Shown here: positions 1 to 10,058 of the stretch, piece by piece
How the letters are laid out: each line of letters begins with the position of its first letter
Position numbering within the stretch: position 1 is the first letter of the stretch
From: Pelagomonas calceolata
Lineage: Eukaryota
Reading direction: 5' to 3'
Assembly: GCA_918797485.1 (NCBI GenBank)
Contig: CAKKNE010000005.1
Location: forward strand, 1,922,001 to 1,986,000
Length of the DNA stretch: 64,000 bases
The notes under the pieces: model-generated
Databases searched by the model: none
Seen by the model: only the letters and a program-made list of their open reading frames with translations
What the model was told of the DNA's origin: nothing
Made by a program: the position numbers and the translations under genes

Positions 1-789
1 GACCAACCTATTGACAGGACCCTTGTCGTAGACATTCACGTCGACGTAGCCGCCGCCGCAGTCCTCCGCGATCACGTCGAGGGGCTCCATCCACCGCGGA
101 CGTCTACTAGCTACACTTTGAGTCTGCGCCTTGTCGCCTTTGATGTCCAACTCTAAAAATGGATCGCCTCCCGTACTATGCTTCGTGAGGTTGATGGCTC
201 GTAACGCGACGCATTTCAGGCAGTTCGCGGGTCGTTTTTTATCTTTTTCCGGTAGAGAAAACAGGGGATCCAAGTCCACCACATAGGTCGGCTCGTGGCG
301 CCAGATCATGGCGATCTCGACATCCCCTCGAGGTAGTTTATGTGGTCTTTCATAATCCCGATCGAGCAGTTCGAACCAGCCCCGCCTCTCGACGCGGCCC
401 GTGAGTTGCACTAAGGGTACCGCCACACAGCCGAGAAAGTCGTCCCCGGAAATCATGTCGTAGTCCCAGACCTCCACAATCGCATAATTGTTGTCCGGGT
501 GCTCGCACTCGTAGTCGAACCGTTCGCCGTAGACCGGGTTCAGCGTCCTGTTTTTGTGAGTGGTCTGTTGGGCGACGCTCTCGACAATAACCTTGACGTA
601 GGGGTCACTACTCCCGCGCGTGAGCCAGCCGCCGTCCGCGGCCCGTAGATCTCGTGCGGCGATGACGACGCAAGTCACGCAATTCGCCGGCTTCCGCGGG
701 TGCGCGTCCCGGAGTTGCGTGGGCGGCGGCGGCGTCGGGTCCGAGATGGGCGGTAACAACGTCTCTTGTTTCCGCTTCATGATGCCCAT
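1..789 (-). CDS. Multiple C2-domain protein (5' part; runs off the window start)
   Basis: Manual translation from ATG 789 gives CVVIAARDLRAAD...SSDPYVKV...KNRTLNPVYGERF...VEVWDYDMISGDDFLG (C2 domain with Ca-binding Asp residues), then a second C2-like repeat (RAINL...GDPFLEL...PRWME...VNVYDK). Absent from the ORF track because there is no stop in the window. Confidence 0.85.
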   Translation of the reverse strand, partial: MGIMKRKQETLLPPISDPTPPPPTQLRDAHPRKPANCVTCVVIAARDLRAADGGWLTRGSSDPYVKVIVESVAQQTTHKNRTLNPVYGERFDYECEHPDNNYAIVEVWDYDMISGDDFLGCVAVPLVQLTGRVERRGWFELLDRDYERPHKLPRGDVEIAMIWRHEPTYVVDLDPLFSLPEKDKKRPANCLKCVALRAINLTKHSTGGDPFLELDIKGDKAQTQSVASRRPRWMEPLDVIAEDCGGGYVDVNVYDKGPVNRLV

Positions 790-1074
790 GGTTCCGCGAG
801 GGCTCGCACGGCTACCTCACGTCGGGTGGGCAGCTGTGGGCTCAGCAGGTGAGAGGCAGCTAGGTAGGGCAGCCCCACGCCTCGGCCGCACGCGTCGGCG
901 CAGAGCTCGATCCCTGCGCCCGCGACGGAGGCCCGAAGGCGTCGCGCTCGCGCCGAGCCGGGCCAATAGCGCCCTGGCAGCGCTCCCACCGAGCTTGGGC
1001 GGGCCGCCGCAGCGTCTGTCCTTGTACCGCTCCGCGGGCGGAGGACTCGTCCCTGGTCTTAACCCTGTCCGACG

Positions 1075-1098
1075 GCTAGCGGCCGGTAAGGCACTAGG
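1075..1098 (-). promoter_or_regulatory. Upstream CTAGTGTCTTAC-family motif (variant CTAGTGCCTTAC-CGGCC-GCTAGC)
   Basis: One-mismatch copy of the recurrent motif, in the divergent C2-gene/enolase spacer. Confidence 0.6.
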
Positions 1099-1272
1099 TT
1101 GCCTTGCAGGCCCGAGCTTCGCCATTGATTTGCAGCGCGAAGAAATCAGTGCACGGCGCAGCTAGAGCGTTAAGGTTTCGTGTCGCACAACCTCGCAGCG
1201 CTCACCCCCAGTTGCAAGCAAGCACACGCAGTCTCGCTACACTCGAGCATCACGTTACAGGCCAGCAACACC

Positions 1273-2646
1273 ATGCTGCAGCACTCGACGAAGACGCTAT
1301 TGCGGCGCACGGCCTCGCGCCACGCGTCGTCGATCACGGCCGTCCACGGCCGCCAGATCATTGATTCCAGAGGTAATCCTACTGTGGAGGTCGACATCAC
1401 GACCACGGACGGTCTGTTCCGCGCGTCGTGCCCTTCCGGGGCGTCGACCGGCGCGTATGAAGCTGTGGAACTCAGAGACGGCGGCTCGACCTACATGGGC
1501 AAGGGCGTGCTGGGGGCCGTGAAGAACGTCAACGAAGTCTTGGGACCCGCGATGATCGGCATGGACCCCACGCAGCAGGAGGCCATCGACGAGAAGATGT
1601 TCGCATTAGATGGCACGCCCAACAAAGGTAAGATGGGCGCCAACGCCATTCTTGGGATTAGTCTAGCTGCCTCCAAAGCGGGCGCGGGGGCCAAAAAAGT
1701 ACCTCTGTACCAGCACTACGCTGACTTAGCTGGGAATTCCGTCACGCCCATGACGTTGCCCGTGCCCTGCTTCAACGTCATCAACGGCGGCGAGCACGCG
1801 GGCAACAAATTAGCCTTCCAGGAATTCTTCGTGATTCCGACTGGTGCTCAAAGCTTCTCCCACGCCATGGCCATCGGCTGCGAGGTCTTCCACAACTTGA
1901 AGGCCGTCATCAAGGCCAAATTTGGCGGCGATGCGACGCTGATTGGTGATGAGGGTGGGTTTGCCCCGCCCTGTTCCGTGGACTCTGGATTAGAAATGCT
2001 CATGGAGGCCATCGACAAGGCGGGCCACTCGGGCGTGTGCACCGTCGGGTTGGACGTGGCGTCGTCGGAGTTCAAGGTCGAGGGCGAGAACGCCTACGAC
2101 CTCGACTTCAAGACCTCTGGCGCGGACAAGGACACTTCATTAAAGCTATCCGGAGACGACATGCTCGCCTTCTACCAGAAGATCAGCAACGACTACCCCA
2201 TCGTGACCATCGAGGACCCCTTCGATCAAGATGATTGGGATAACTGGACGAAGATCACCGCGGCGCTCGGCGACAAGGTCCAGATCGTCGGCGACGACCT
2301 GACCGTGACGAACCCGTCGATCATCGCCAAGGCCATCGACCAGAAGGCCTGCAACTGTTTGTTGCTCAAGGTGAACCAGATCGGCTCGATCACGGAGTCG
2401 ATCCGCGCCGTCCAGGACGCGAAGCGCGCGGGCTGGGGCGTCATGACCTCCCATAGGTCGGGAGAGACGGAAGACGACTACATTGCTGATTTAGCGGTCG
2501 GTTTATGTACCGGCGAGATCAAGACGGGCGCGCCGTGCCGCGGCGAGCGCACGGCCAAGTACAACCAGCTCCTCCGCATCGACGAGTCGCTGTCCAACCC
2601 CGTCTACGCGGGCGCCGGCTTCCGCACGCCGAACTGGATGGCCTGA
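1273..2646 (+). CDS. ENO: Enolase (phosphopyruvate hydratase) with a probable mitochondrial presequence
   Basis: [52 protein letters not shown] and KYNQLLRI motifs; Arg/Ser/Thr-rich, acid-free N-terminus [19 protein letters not shown]. Confidence 0.97.
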   Translation: MLQHSTKTLLRRTASRHASSITAVHGRQIIDSRGNPTVEVDITTTDGLFRASCPSGASTGAYEAVELRDGGSTYMGKGVLGAVKNVNEVLGPAMIGMDPTQQEAIDEKMFALDGTPNKGKMGANAILGISLAASKAGAGAKKVPLYQHYADLAGNSVTPMTLPVPCFNVINGGEHAGNKLAFQEFFVIPTGAQSFSHAMAIGCEVFHNLKAVIKAKFGGDATLIGDEGGFAPPCSVDSGLEMLMEAIDKAGHSGVCTVGLDVASSEFKVEGENAYDLDFKTSGADKDTSLKLSGDDMLAFYQKISNDYPIVTIEDPFDQDDWDNWTKITAALGDKVQIVGDDLTVTNPSIIAKAIDQKACNCLLLKVNQIGSITESIRAVQDAKRAGWGVMTSHRSGETEDDYIADLAVGLCTGEIKTGAPCRGERTAKYNQLLRIDESLSNPVYAGAGFRTPNWMA

Positions 2647-2743
2647 GCGCTGAACGAAGATTAGCCCCCCTTCCCCCCGTCGCCCCCCATCGTGTAGAAA
2701 CTTACTAACAATTCAACTCGAAAAAGTAACTCGGCGGGGTCGT

Positions 2744-4561
2744 TCAATCTTGGGTGGCGTCGTCGTCGTCGCCCCGCTTGATCTCGACCTCAAACGTGCC
2801 GTCGCGCTCGGTGAAGATGATGGATGCACCGGTCCCGTGCACGTCGGCAAATTGCATCGCGCCAGTCTGCAGTAAATCCATCGCTTGCTGGACGCGCTTC
2901 GCGACGCTCTTCTCGGCGGGCGTCTGGCGCGTGCGCTTGCTCGTGAGGGGCGGCGGCGGTGGCGCCGCGGGCTTGCGCTTGCGGCGCTTCTTCGGCGGCC
3001 GAGGCGGCGGCGCCGGCATCTCTTCGTCCGACCCTTCCGGGGGCAGAGGCGCGCCTAGAAGCGTCGCTAAGCGCGGCGGCGGCGCGCGCGGCGGCGCGGC
3101 GGCGGCGGCGGCGCGCGCCTCGGCCTTCTTCTTCTCGCGCTCGTACCTCGTCACGATGGCCTTGCTCTGCGCGGCGTGCGTGCCAAAGAAGATGTGAGCC
3201 TTCGCCTCGGAGTCGGTAGGGAGCCTGAGGTCCATCTTGTCCTTGGACACGAGAATTTGTTCCTCGTTCGCCGAGTGATGCTCCTCGTCCTGGAAGAAGA
3301 AGAGCGTCAGAGCGCCCCGCCCCGCCATGAGGTCGTCGACCACGCGGGGGTTGCCGCCCACCTTCTCGACCGGGAGGGGGTACGTCGCGCGCGCCGTCTT
3401 GCCGACGCGCAGGCCGATGAGCCCGTGCGGCCAGTGCGTCGAACGCTCCTCGTGGCTCCGGCGAGGCGCCTCGACGTCGAGCGAATGCGTGAAGATGGTC
3501 ACGGCGGCGGCCTTGCGGCGGTCGAAGCGAATCTCCTTCACCTCCATGCCGTTGGACACCACCGGCCCGCTGCTCCGCCGTTCCGGCGCGATGTCGACCG
3601 CCTCGAGCTCCTGCCCACACATCACTATTTTCGGCCGCAGCGGCGCCACCGCGAGCTCTTTATACTCCTCGGGCAATTGATCCGCGGCGCCCGAGCAGAC
3701 CACGTACTGCCAACCCAGCGCGTGGCGCGCGTCCTGCCGGTAGGGATACACGTCGTCCCTCGTCTTGCTTCGCTGGCCCTCGCTCTGCTTGAAGTAGATC
3801 GTTTTGTCCGCCTGGCAAGGCACGACCCGCTTGTCGAGGTCGGACACGATGATGATGAGGCCGTTCGCGCGCCGGTATTTGTTCGCGAGGGCCACGAGCG
3901 CGTCCTTGGTGTCCGCGCAGCCGTAGGCGAGGATGTTCTCCAAATTGGCCTTGATGAGGCGCTCGAAGATCAAGCTCCCTTTGTTCCAGAGCTGGCCGTC
4001 TTCGTCCTCGACCACCTCCACGACCTTCTCCTCGTACCCCGACGGGTAGCGAAAGCTCGCGACGGGCAACAGGCACTCGCGCGTGTTCGACTCTATCTGG
4101 AGTCTTTTCGAGAGCAGGCCGACGTGGAAGACCAGGCCCTGGTACGAGATGACCGTGCACGTGTCGCCCAATGATAACACGGCGCGCGTGAAGGCCTGGC
4201 CGAACTTGCCCGTGAAGCGCTCGGACGCGTCGGTCCGCGTCGACGTGCGGTGGCCGCCCAGGGCGCCGATGCCCGCCGCGTCGCAGCCGCAGCCGTCGTC
4301 GGCGATGGTAATTGTCGCGTCGTCACAGTCGATGTCCACGCGCGTCGCGCCGGCGTCGCCCGCGTTGTCCACGAGTTCGGCCAGCGTCCCGTCGAGGCGC
4401 ATCTTGTCAACCGCCGCATAGTGGGCGGAACCCAACCACGCGCGGCGGCAGTCCCCCGACGCCTTCGCGTCGCTCACCGCGGAGACGTCGTCGGCGTTTT
4501 CGGCATGATGTGAACCCAGGAGTTGGCGTGCGGCTTGGTCTACCGAGGAGGTCGCGCTCAT
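2744..4561 (-). CDS. MORC-like GHKL ATPase (divergent) with a basic NLS-like C-terminal region
   Basis: LAELVDNAGDA (N box), IADDGCG (G1), GKFGQAF (G2-like), and LSLGD.CTVIS...VGLLS...LLPVASF as in MORC ATPases; PPKKRRKRK. Confidence 0.75.
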   Translation of the reverse strand: MSATSSVDQAARQLLGSHHAENADDVSAVSDAKASGDCRRAWLGSAHYAAVDKMRLDGTLAELVDNAGDAGATRVDIDCDDATITIADDGCGCDAAGIGALGGHRTSTRTDASERFTGKFGQAFTRAVLSLGDTCTVISYQGLVFHVGLLSKRLQIESNTRECLLPVASFRYPSGYEEKVVEVVEDEDGQLWNKGSLIFERLIKANLENILAYGCADTKDALVALANKYRRANGLIIIVSDLDKRVVPCQADKTIYFKQSEGQRSKTRDDVYPYRQDARHALGWQYVVCSGAADQLPEEYKELAVAPLRPKIVMCGQELEAVDIAPERRSSGPVVSNGMEVKEIRFDRRKAAAVTIFTHSLDVEAPRRSHEERSTHWPHGLIGLRVGKTARATYPLPVEKVGGNPRVVDDLMAGRGALTLFFFQDEEHHSANEEQILVSKDKMDLRLPTDSEAKAHIFFGTHAAQSKAIVTRYEREKKKAEARAAAAAAPPRAPPPRLATLLGAPLPPEGSDEEMPAPPPRPPKKRRKRKPAAPPPPPLTSKRTRQTPAEKSVAKRVQQAMDLLQTGAMQFADVHGTGASIIFTERDGTFEVEIKRGDDDDATQD

Positions 4562-4902
4562 CTTGCCTTAGGTCCGTGGAGAGCGGGGCTGTGCTTCGTG
4601 CGCGGTGCGATAGCCGACTCCAGGAGGCTGCCCGACGCATCGAGCTCGGTGCGGAGAGCGCAGATCACAGAGGGCCAACCCGAAACATCTCCCGAAAAAA
4701 TGCCCCACGCCGTGAGCAACCGGACCGATTATATGAGGGGAGTATAGCCTTAGACTATGTATAGAGAAATATCCAGAGTTTGCGGACTTACGGGGACCCG
4801 CACCACAGGTACCATACCTATGGATAGGTATACAGTACAAGACCTACCAAGCAAAAACGCCAGGGATCATATATATGCTGTAGTAGTGCAAGCATCCGTG
4901 AC

Positions 4903-6273
4903 ATGCCTCGCTTCGTCCAGCTCCGCACCAACGAAGCACTCAGCAACAGGCGGCACAAATCAGTCCTACTAAAGGCCGCGGAGCAGCGCCTCCGCCCGCG
5001 CCTGATCGTTGCCGCACTCGCGGTGCTCGCGTGCGCGTCGCTCGCCTGGTGGCACGCGCAAGCCGCGCCGAGGCCCGCGCCCTTCGCGCGCGACGCGGAA
5101 CGCATCGTGGCGGACGTCGACTGGTCCAAGGACGCGTGCCCGCGGACGTACGTCTACGCGCTGCCGCGGACGCTGTCGGACTGGGCCCCCGGCGACGCGG
5201 CGCCCGACGACGGCGTCGACGCGAACGCGAACCTCCTCGAGGTCTTGGTGGAGGCGCTCCAGAAACGCTGCTCCACCGAATCCCCGGCGGACGCGGAGCT
5301 CTTCCTGATACCGGTCCTGCCGCGGGCGAAGCACTGGAGCGACTGGATGCGCCGCTGCGACAAGCTAGCGAAGCTCGGCGCGCGCGACTGGCGCCGCGCG
5401 CTGCCCCACCTTAACATGGAGACGGTGCGGCGCCACGTTTTTGTTTTTCCTCGCGTGGCCTACGCGCCGCGCTGCGCGGGCTGGTGGGCCGCGCCGCTGG
5501 TCGTGCCCGAGTTCGCCGAGGTCGCGCGCGTGAGCGTCGGCGGTGTGCACGCGGCGTCCACACGTCGCCTCGATGGCGTCACCGGCACGCCATCGCCGCG
5601 GCCCGCGCATCGAGGAACGCGCGTCGCCCGCGCAGGCTACGAGGAGTTCGCCGGCGCCTTCCAGCGCGCCAAGACGAAGCGCCTCTCGGCGCGCCAGCGC
5701 GCCCACCCCGAGGCGCTCGTCCCGCGCCTCGTGTCGGCGCCCTACGCGGCACGACATTATGGTGGAACGCCCGGCGCCGCGGCCCGGCGCTACCTCTGGG
5801 CCTACGCGGCGATGCCGCACGGCTCGGAGAACGCCAAGAACCTGCGCCTGGCGCTGCAGCGGGCCTGCGCCGCTTCAAATGATTGCGCCGACGGCCGCCG
5901 CGGCGACGCCGCGCGCCACCAGCGCAACGCGACCTTCTGCGTCGAGCCGCCCGGCCTGACGCCGGGCCGCGCGTCGATCGTGACCGCGTTGCTCGCGGGC
6001 TGCATCCCCGTGCTCTTCGCGCCGGAGCAGGACCGGCTCTGGCCCCTCCACTGGGGCGGCTGGCGGGACGCGTCGCGCGTCATGCTCGACATGCGTCGCG
6101 CGACGGCGGAGCCCTCCTACGTCGGGGACGCGCTGCGGGCGATTCCCGCGAGCGCCGTCGACGCCATGCGCGCGACGATTCATAAACGGGCGGGCGCGTT
6201 CCGCTACAGCGCCGAAGATGTCCGCGGCGACGCGGTCCACGTGTTGCTGCGCGGCGTCGCGGCCGCCGCCTAG
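4903..6273 (+). CDS. Exostosin-family (GT47) glycosyltransferase, type II membrane protein; probable in-frame intron 5543-5635
   Basis: N-terminal TM, YVYALP, PADAELFLIP, ATFCVEPPG.TPGR.SIVTALLAGCIPV motifs. Confidence 0.85.
   Translation: MPRFVQLRTNEALSNRRHKSVLLKAAEQRLRPRLIVAALAVLACASLAWWHAQAAPRPAPFARDAERIVADVDWSKDACPRTYVYALPRTLSDWAPGDAAPDDGVDANANLLEVLVEALQKRCSTESPADAELFLIPVLPRAKHWSDWMRRCDKLAKLGARDWRRALPHLNMETVRRHVFVFPRVAYAPRCAGWWAAPLVVPEFAEVARVSVGGVHAASTRRLDGVTGTPSPRPAHRGTRVARAGYEEFAGAFQRAKTKRLSARQRAHPEALVPRLVSAPYAARHYGGTPGAAARRYLWAYAAMPHGSENAKNLRLALQRACAASNDCADGRRGDAARHQRNATFCVEPPGLTPGRASIVTALLAGCIPVLFAPEQDRLWPLHWGGWRDASRVMLDMRRATAEPSYVGDALRAIPASAVDAMRATIHKRAGAFRYSAEDVRGDAVHVLLRGVAAAA
5543..5635 (+). 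other. Predicted 93-nt GT-AG intron (introner-like)
   Basis: GTGTGC...TCGCCCGCGCAG; removal gives VSVGGYEEF; carries the shared 16-mer at 5564-5579 and has the same last 12 nt as the 19011-19136 intron. Confidence 0.7.
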
Positions 6274-6392
6274 ATTAATTTTTGTCTTGTGTGTACTACT
6301 TCTAAGATAAGAATCACTACTATGTATCTTACTTCTTATTCTAACTTCTTATGCGGACCAAAAACAAACGAGCGAACACGCGAACGACGAGG

Positions 6393-6983
6393 CTAGACGT
6401 ACCAGCAAATCCGTCTAACTACCTCACGCGGCAGCGGCCTGGCAGCCGTTTTAAGCGCCTCGGCGCCATACACGAGCAATTTTAATGAAGACGCCAGCGG
6501 GCTGCCGCCGTCGAACGGCCGCCGCGGGTGCGCCGGGACGTACGCGCGCTTCCGCTGGCAGAGCGCCACGCTCACCATGATCTGGGATTGTGCCCGCTGC
6601 CGCGTATTTTCGGTGATGACCCGCGGCAGCTCCACCAATTCACTCACGTCGCGCAGGAAGTCTATTGGTTGTCCTAATGCTGTATTACAGCTCATTTGGA
6701 AGAAGCTGGCCGTTGAAAACGACGCCATTGTGGTCAGTACGGCACCGTAGTATAACTCAGTACTTTCCGCAGCTGTTGACCGCCCTGGGATGTCTAGCAA
6801 ATTTGTTCGAGTCCGAGCAAACGTGGTGTAAAATGTGGTCGTTCCGACGGTCCACACTTCATTGGCAGTCGTCCACGCTGGACGGTAAGGCCTTTCTCGA
6901 TTGTTAATTCGCCCGCTACGCGTCGCGATGCTGAGGCCCAATTTGCGCGGGTTTTGCACGCTGCCAAACAGGTTTTTGAGCAC
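6393..6983 (-). CDS. Possible hypothetical protein (start uncertain) ending in an F-box-like LPREVVRRICWYV motif
   Basis: 196-codon ORF in a lower-GC stretch without an ATG start; only the C-terminal motif looks protein-like. Confidence 0.25.
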   Translation of the reverse strand: MLKNLFGSVQNPRKLGLSIATRSGRINNRERPYRPAWTTANEVWTVGTTTFYTTFARTRTNLLDIPGRSTAAESTELYYGAVLTTMASFSTASFFQMSCNTALGQPIDFLRDVSELVELPRVITENTRQRAQSQIMVSVALCQRKRAYVPAHPRRPFDGGSPLASSLKLLVYGAEALKTAARPLPREVVRRICWYV

Positions 6984-7239
6984 GCTGCGCCTTGTTGGGT
7001 GACGGCAGGAAGCGTTGTGTGTTTAAGAGTGTCGCTGAGTGCCCACCTAGGCACTGCCACACGGACAGCGTAAGACACGCGGCCAGTTTCGAGAAATCAC
7101 AGCAAACGGCAGTAACGTCAAGTCAAACAGCGCGCGCGACGGCCTAGATAACGCCGCAGCGTCGTCATTAAACGCAGCAACTGGCACCGCACGGTTTATA
7201 AAAAACGCGTAGACAACACCGCAGCTCAATCATAAAACA

Positions 7240-7884
7240 ATGGTCCTCACGCGCCGCCGCCTGACGACCGCGACGGCGACGACGCCCTACAAGCCGCTCG
7301 ACGGGGCGACGCCGGCCAAGGCGCTCCTCGACGCGACGAACCTCAGGAAGAACGCGCCGGCGACGGCGCCCGTCCAGCGGAAGAACGTTGGTGCACCTGT
7401 TATAGTGCCGGCGCAAGTCGACGGCCCGGCGCGGCGCACGCGGTCGACGCGCAAGATGGCCCCCACGCGCAAGGAGTCGCCCGTCTGCCTCACGAAGCAG
7501 GGCATGCCCACATCCGTGCGGCGGCCGCGCAAGAACGAGGTGGAGGTCGTCGCACCGGCCGCGGAGGAGCCGGTCGCCGCGCCGGCCCGGCCGCCGGCCA
7601 AGGCTGAAGTGAGACCCAAGAAGAACGTCACCTTCGCCGCGCCGCCGCCGCCGGCGCAGATCTACGTGCGCAAGCGCGACGCCTTCGCCGTCTTTTGTGT
7701 CGCTGTGATTGCCGCGGTCGCGGGCCACTACTTCGGCACGCTGGCCAACGCGCCGCCGGACGTCGCCGCGATCGCCGAGTACGTCCAGGAGGCGCCGCTC
7801 TTCGGGACGACGGCCGACTTGTTGGGAGACGCGCTCGCGAAAGCGCGGCTCGCGACGAGCGTGCTCCGCGAGTGCCTGGAGTAG
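7240..7884 (+). CDS. Hypothetical protein: basic/Pro-rich N-terminus and one C-terminal TM helix
   Basis: ATG in AAAACAATGG context, typical GC3 codon usage, hydrophobic AFAVFCVAVIAAVAGHYF, RVxF-like KNVTF. Confidence 0.6.
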   Translation: MVLTRRRLTTATATTPYKPLDGATPAKALLDATNLRKNAPATAPVQRKNVGAPVIVPAQVDGPARRTRSTRKMAPTRKESPVCLTKQGMPTSVRRPRKNEVEVVAPAAEEPVAAPARPPAKAEVRPKKNVTFAAPPPPAQIYVRKRDAFAVFCVAVIAAVAGHYFGTLANAPPDVAAIAEYVQEAPLFGTTADLLGDALAKARLATSVLRECLE

Positions 7885-8335
7885 AGTCCTCGCGCGGAGG
7901 GCGATTTCGACGATCTCGACCCCGCGCGCAAAAAACGTAAGCAATTGCTGCGCTCTCAACGGCGCGTCGTCGATGGCGCCGCGTCGACTCCGTTGCCCCG
8001 ACGGCGTCGCTGGAAGTAAGCTCCCAAAGAACCACTAGTCGCGCGGGCCGACGACGCGGCGAGAGCCAACCGAAAAGAAAACGCGCCGGCATTCGCCCTA
8101 TCCGTCTCGAGGCGACACGAGCCCTCTGTGCGGCTCTTAAAGAGCTGCGTTGGCGGGCGGCTCAACGCGCACGGGTTGCACTAGCCCTGCAAAATAAGCC
8201 AAGAGCATCCCGAGATCTCACGGCCCGCATCGCCTCCAACGCTCACCCCGGCACCTTGCTTGCTGCACCCAGCGCCGTCCGTTGACAACCCGTCAACGAC
8301 ACGCGAAAACCACAGCGTCAGCACTGCCAAGCAAC

Positions 8336-9184
8336 ATGCGCTGCCTCGCCGTCGCCCTAGCGCTCACGGGCACCCATGGCTTCATGTCGCACAAGCTCCC
8401 CGCCACGCCCATGCGCGGCGCGGCGACGCAGCTGACGATGCGCCTCGGCAACGGCGGCGGCGGAACGAGAAGAGGCGGCTTCACGGGCCGCCTCGGCGCG
8501 GGCTGGAAAAAGGGCATCGTCCCCAGAAACCCGGGCGGCGGCGGCGGCATGATGGGCGGCGGCCCGCCGCGCGACGTCTCCCGGAGAGCGGCCGACGACG
8601 AAGGCGAAGAGCCGCCCGCGCCCAAGGCCGCCGAGGCCGCGGGTTTGTGGGCCGCCTACGAGAAGGCCCTCGAGAAGGACCCCCTATTGATCAAGGGCCT
8701 GACGTCCATGACGGGGTTTGCGATTGGCGACATATTAGCGCAGCAGTTCATCGAGAAGAAGGGCAAGTACAACCTGAACAGGACGATCAAGATGGCGTCC
8801 TTCGGCTTGCTGGTGCACGGCACGACGTCGCACTGGTTCTACGGCAAGCTGGACGGCAAGATCCCGGGCACGGACGCCGGCGCCGTCGCGTCGAAGGTGT
8901 TTATTGATCAGGTCTTGTGGAACCCGATCTTCGGCGTCATGTTCTTCGGCTACATGGGTCTCTGGGAGCGCCAGGGCGTCGACGGCACGATCAAGCGCAT
9001 CAAGGGCGACCTCATGACCCAGGTCACGGGCTCGTGGACGGTCTGGCCGGTGGCGCACGCGATCAACTTCAAGTTCATCCCGACGGAGCAGCGCGTGCTG
9101 TACATCAACACGATCCAGATCTTCTACAACTGCTTCCTCTCGATCATCGGCAACCGCGACGGCAAGAAGAAGGGCCGCAAGTAG
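8336..9184 (+). CDS. Mpv17/PMP22 family membrane protein with a bipartite plastid-type presequence
   Basis: PLLIKGLTS..GFAIGDILAQ, KVFIDQVLWNP, WPVAHAINF.FIP motifs; signal peptide MRCLAVALALTGTHG followed by F. Confidence 0.9.
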   Translation: MRCLAVALALTGTHGFMSHKLPATPMRGAATQLTMRLGNGGGGTRRGGFTGRLGAGWKKGIVPRNPGGGGGMMGGGPPRDVSRRAADDEGEEPPAPKAAEAAGLWAAYEKALEKDPLLIKGLTSMTGFAIGDILAQQFIEKKGKYNLNRTIKMASFGLLVHGTTSHWFYGKLDGKIPGTDAGAVASKVFIDQVLWNPIFGVMFFGYMGLWERQGVDGTIKRIKGDLMTQVTGSWTVWPVAHAINFKFIPTEQRVLYINTIQIFYNCFLSIIGNRDGKKKGRK

Positions 9185-9225
9185 ACTTCCCGGGGTACAA
9201 GCACTATCCCCTCCTAATCCACATA

Positions 9226-9726
9226 CTACTTATCCTTGTCGAAGGTCCGCGCGTCGAGGACCGTTCGCCGTTTTTCTTTGGCGGGCGCGTGCCACGTCTG
9301 CGCGTTCGTGGGCGGAACGTCGCCCATGGACGCCATCAGCCGCCGCCGCGTCGACGGCGGCGGCCGCGCGGGCGGCGCCACGAGCGCCGCCCCGCGCGCC
9401 CCAAACAGCCGCCACGCGATGACGATGCAGATTGCGAGTGCGAGCGACGCGTAGGCCATGCACGTCACCACGTAGTTGTAGACGCGCGTCGCCTCGTCGA
9501 TTACGTCGGGTTCGACCGCGGCGGCCGCGGCGACGGTCTCCTTGATGACCTCGGGGACCGTCTCCCTGATCACCTCGGGCGCGGCGGCGGTCGCCTCTTT
9601 GATGACTTCAGGCGCCGCCGCGGCCGCCTCCTTGACGGCCTCGGGCGCTGCCTCCACGACACTGATGACGGCGTCGGCGAGGACCTCGGCCGTTTCTTTG
9701 ATCACGTTGACGACCTCGTCGGACAT
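9226..9726 (-). CDS. Hypothetical single-TM protein with PEVIKE-type repeats
   Basis: Coding-like GC3, repeated (P)EVIKET/A units, TM YVVTCMAYASLALAICIVIAW. Confidence 0.6.
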   Translation of the reverse strand: MSDEVVNVIKETAEVLADAVISVVEAAPEAVKEAAAAAPEVIKEATAAAPEVIRETVPEVIKETVAAAAAVEPDVIDEATRVYNYVVTCMAYASLALAICIVIAWRLFGARGAALVAPPARPPPSTRRRLMASMGDVPPTNAQTWHAPAKEKRRTVLDARTFDKDK

Positions 9727-9921
9727 CGCGGCGTTGGCGTCGCTGCGGCCGCGGGCGTGACAGGAGCAGTGTATGGGCTGTAGAGTGTGGCGAGGGGCTC
9801 CTCCGATGCTACCGTTCTAACCGTGAATGTCGCGCACACTTGTGGGCCGATCAATGAGGGCTGCGTCGTCCCTTGACGAGCGCTGCAGCCTCTGGCCGCT
9901 GGCTTAAGCGCTGCTTGCTTG

Positions 9922-9948
9922 GCTTGCTAGTGTCTTACTGCCGCTGGC
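9922..9948 (+). promoter_or_regulatory. Upstream motif GCTTGCTAGTGTCTTAC-TGCC-GCTGGC
   Basis: Exact core 12-mer at 9927-9938, in a divergent spacer about 120 nt before the cysteine synthase ATG. Confidence 0.7.
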
Positions 9949-10058
9949 TCTCTTTTGCTCCGCTTGGCTCGTGAAGCCCTAATTAGCGCCTACCGGGCTG
10001 TGATAGTGTTCAGTGCTGTGCACACGCACCCACGAAGCAGATAATCAGCAACCTCACG

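Noticed and set aside
4814..4831. Palindrome ATACCTAT-GG-ATAGGTAT
   Set aside because: Single short occurrence, compatible with chance in an AT-rich spacer
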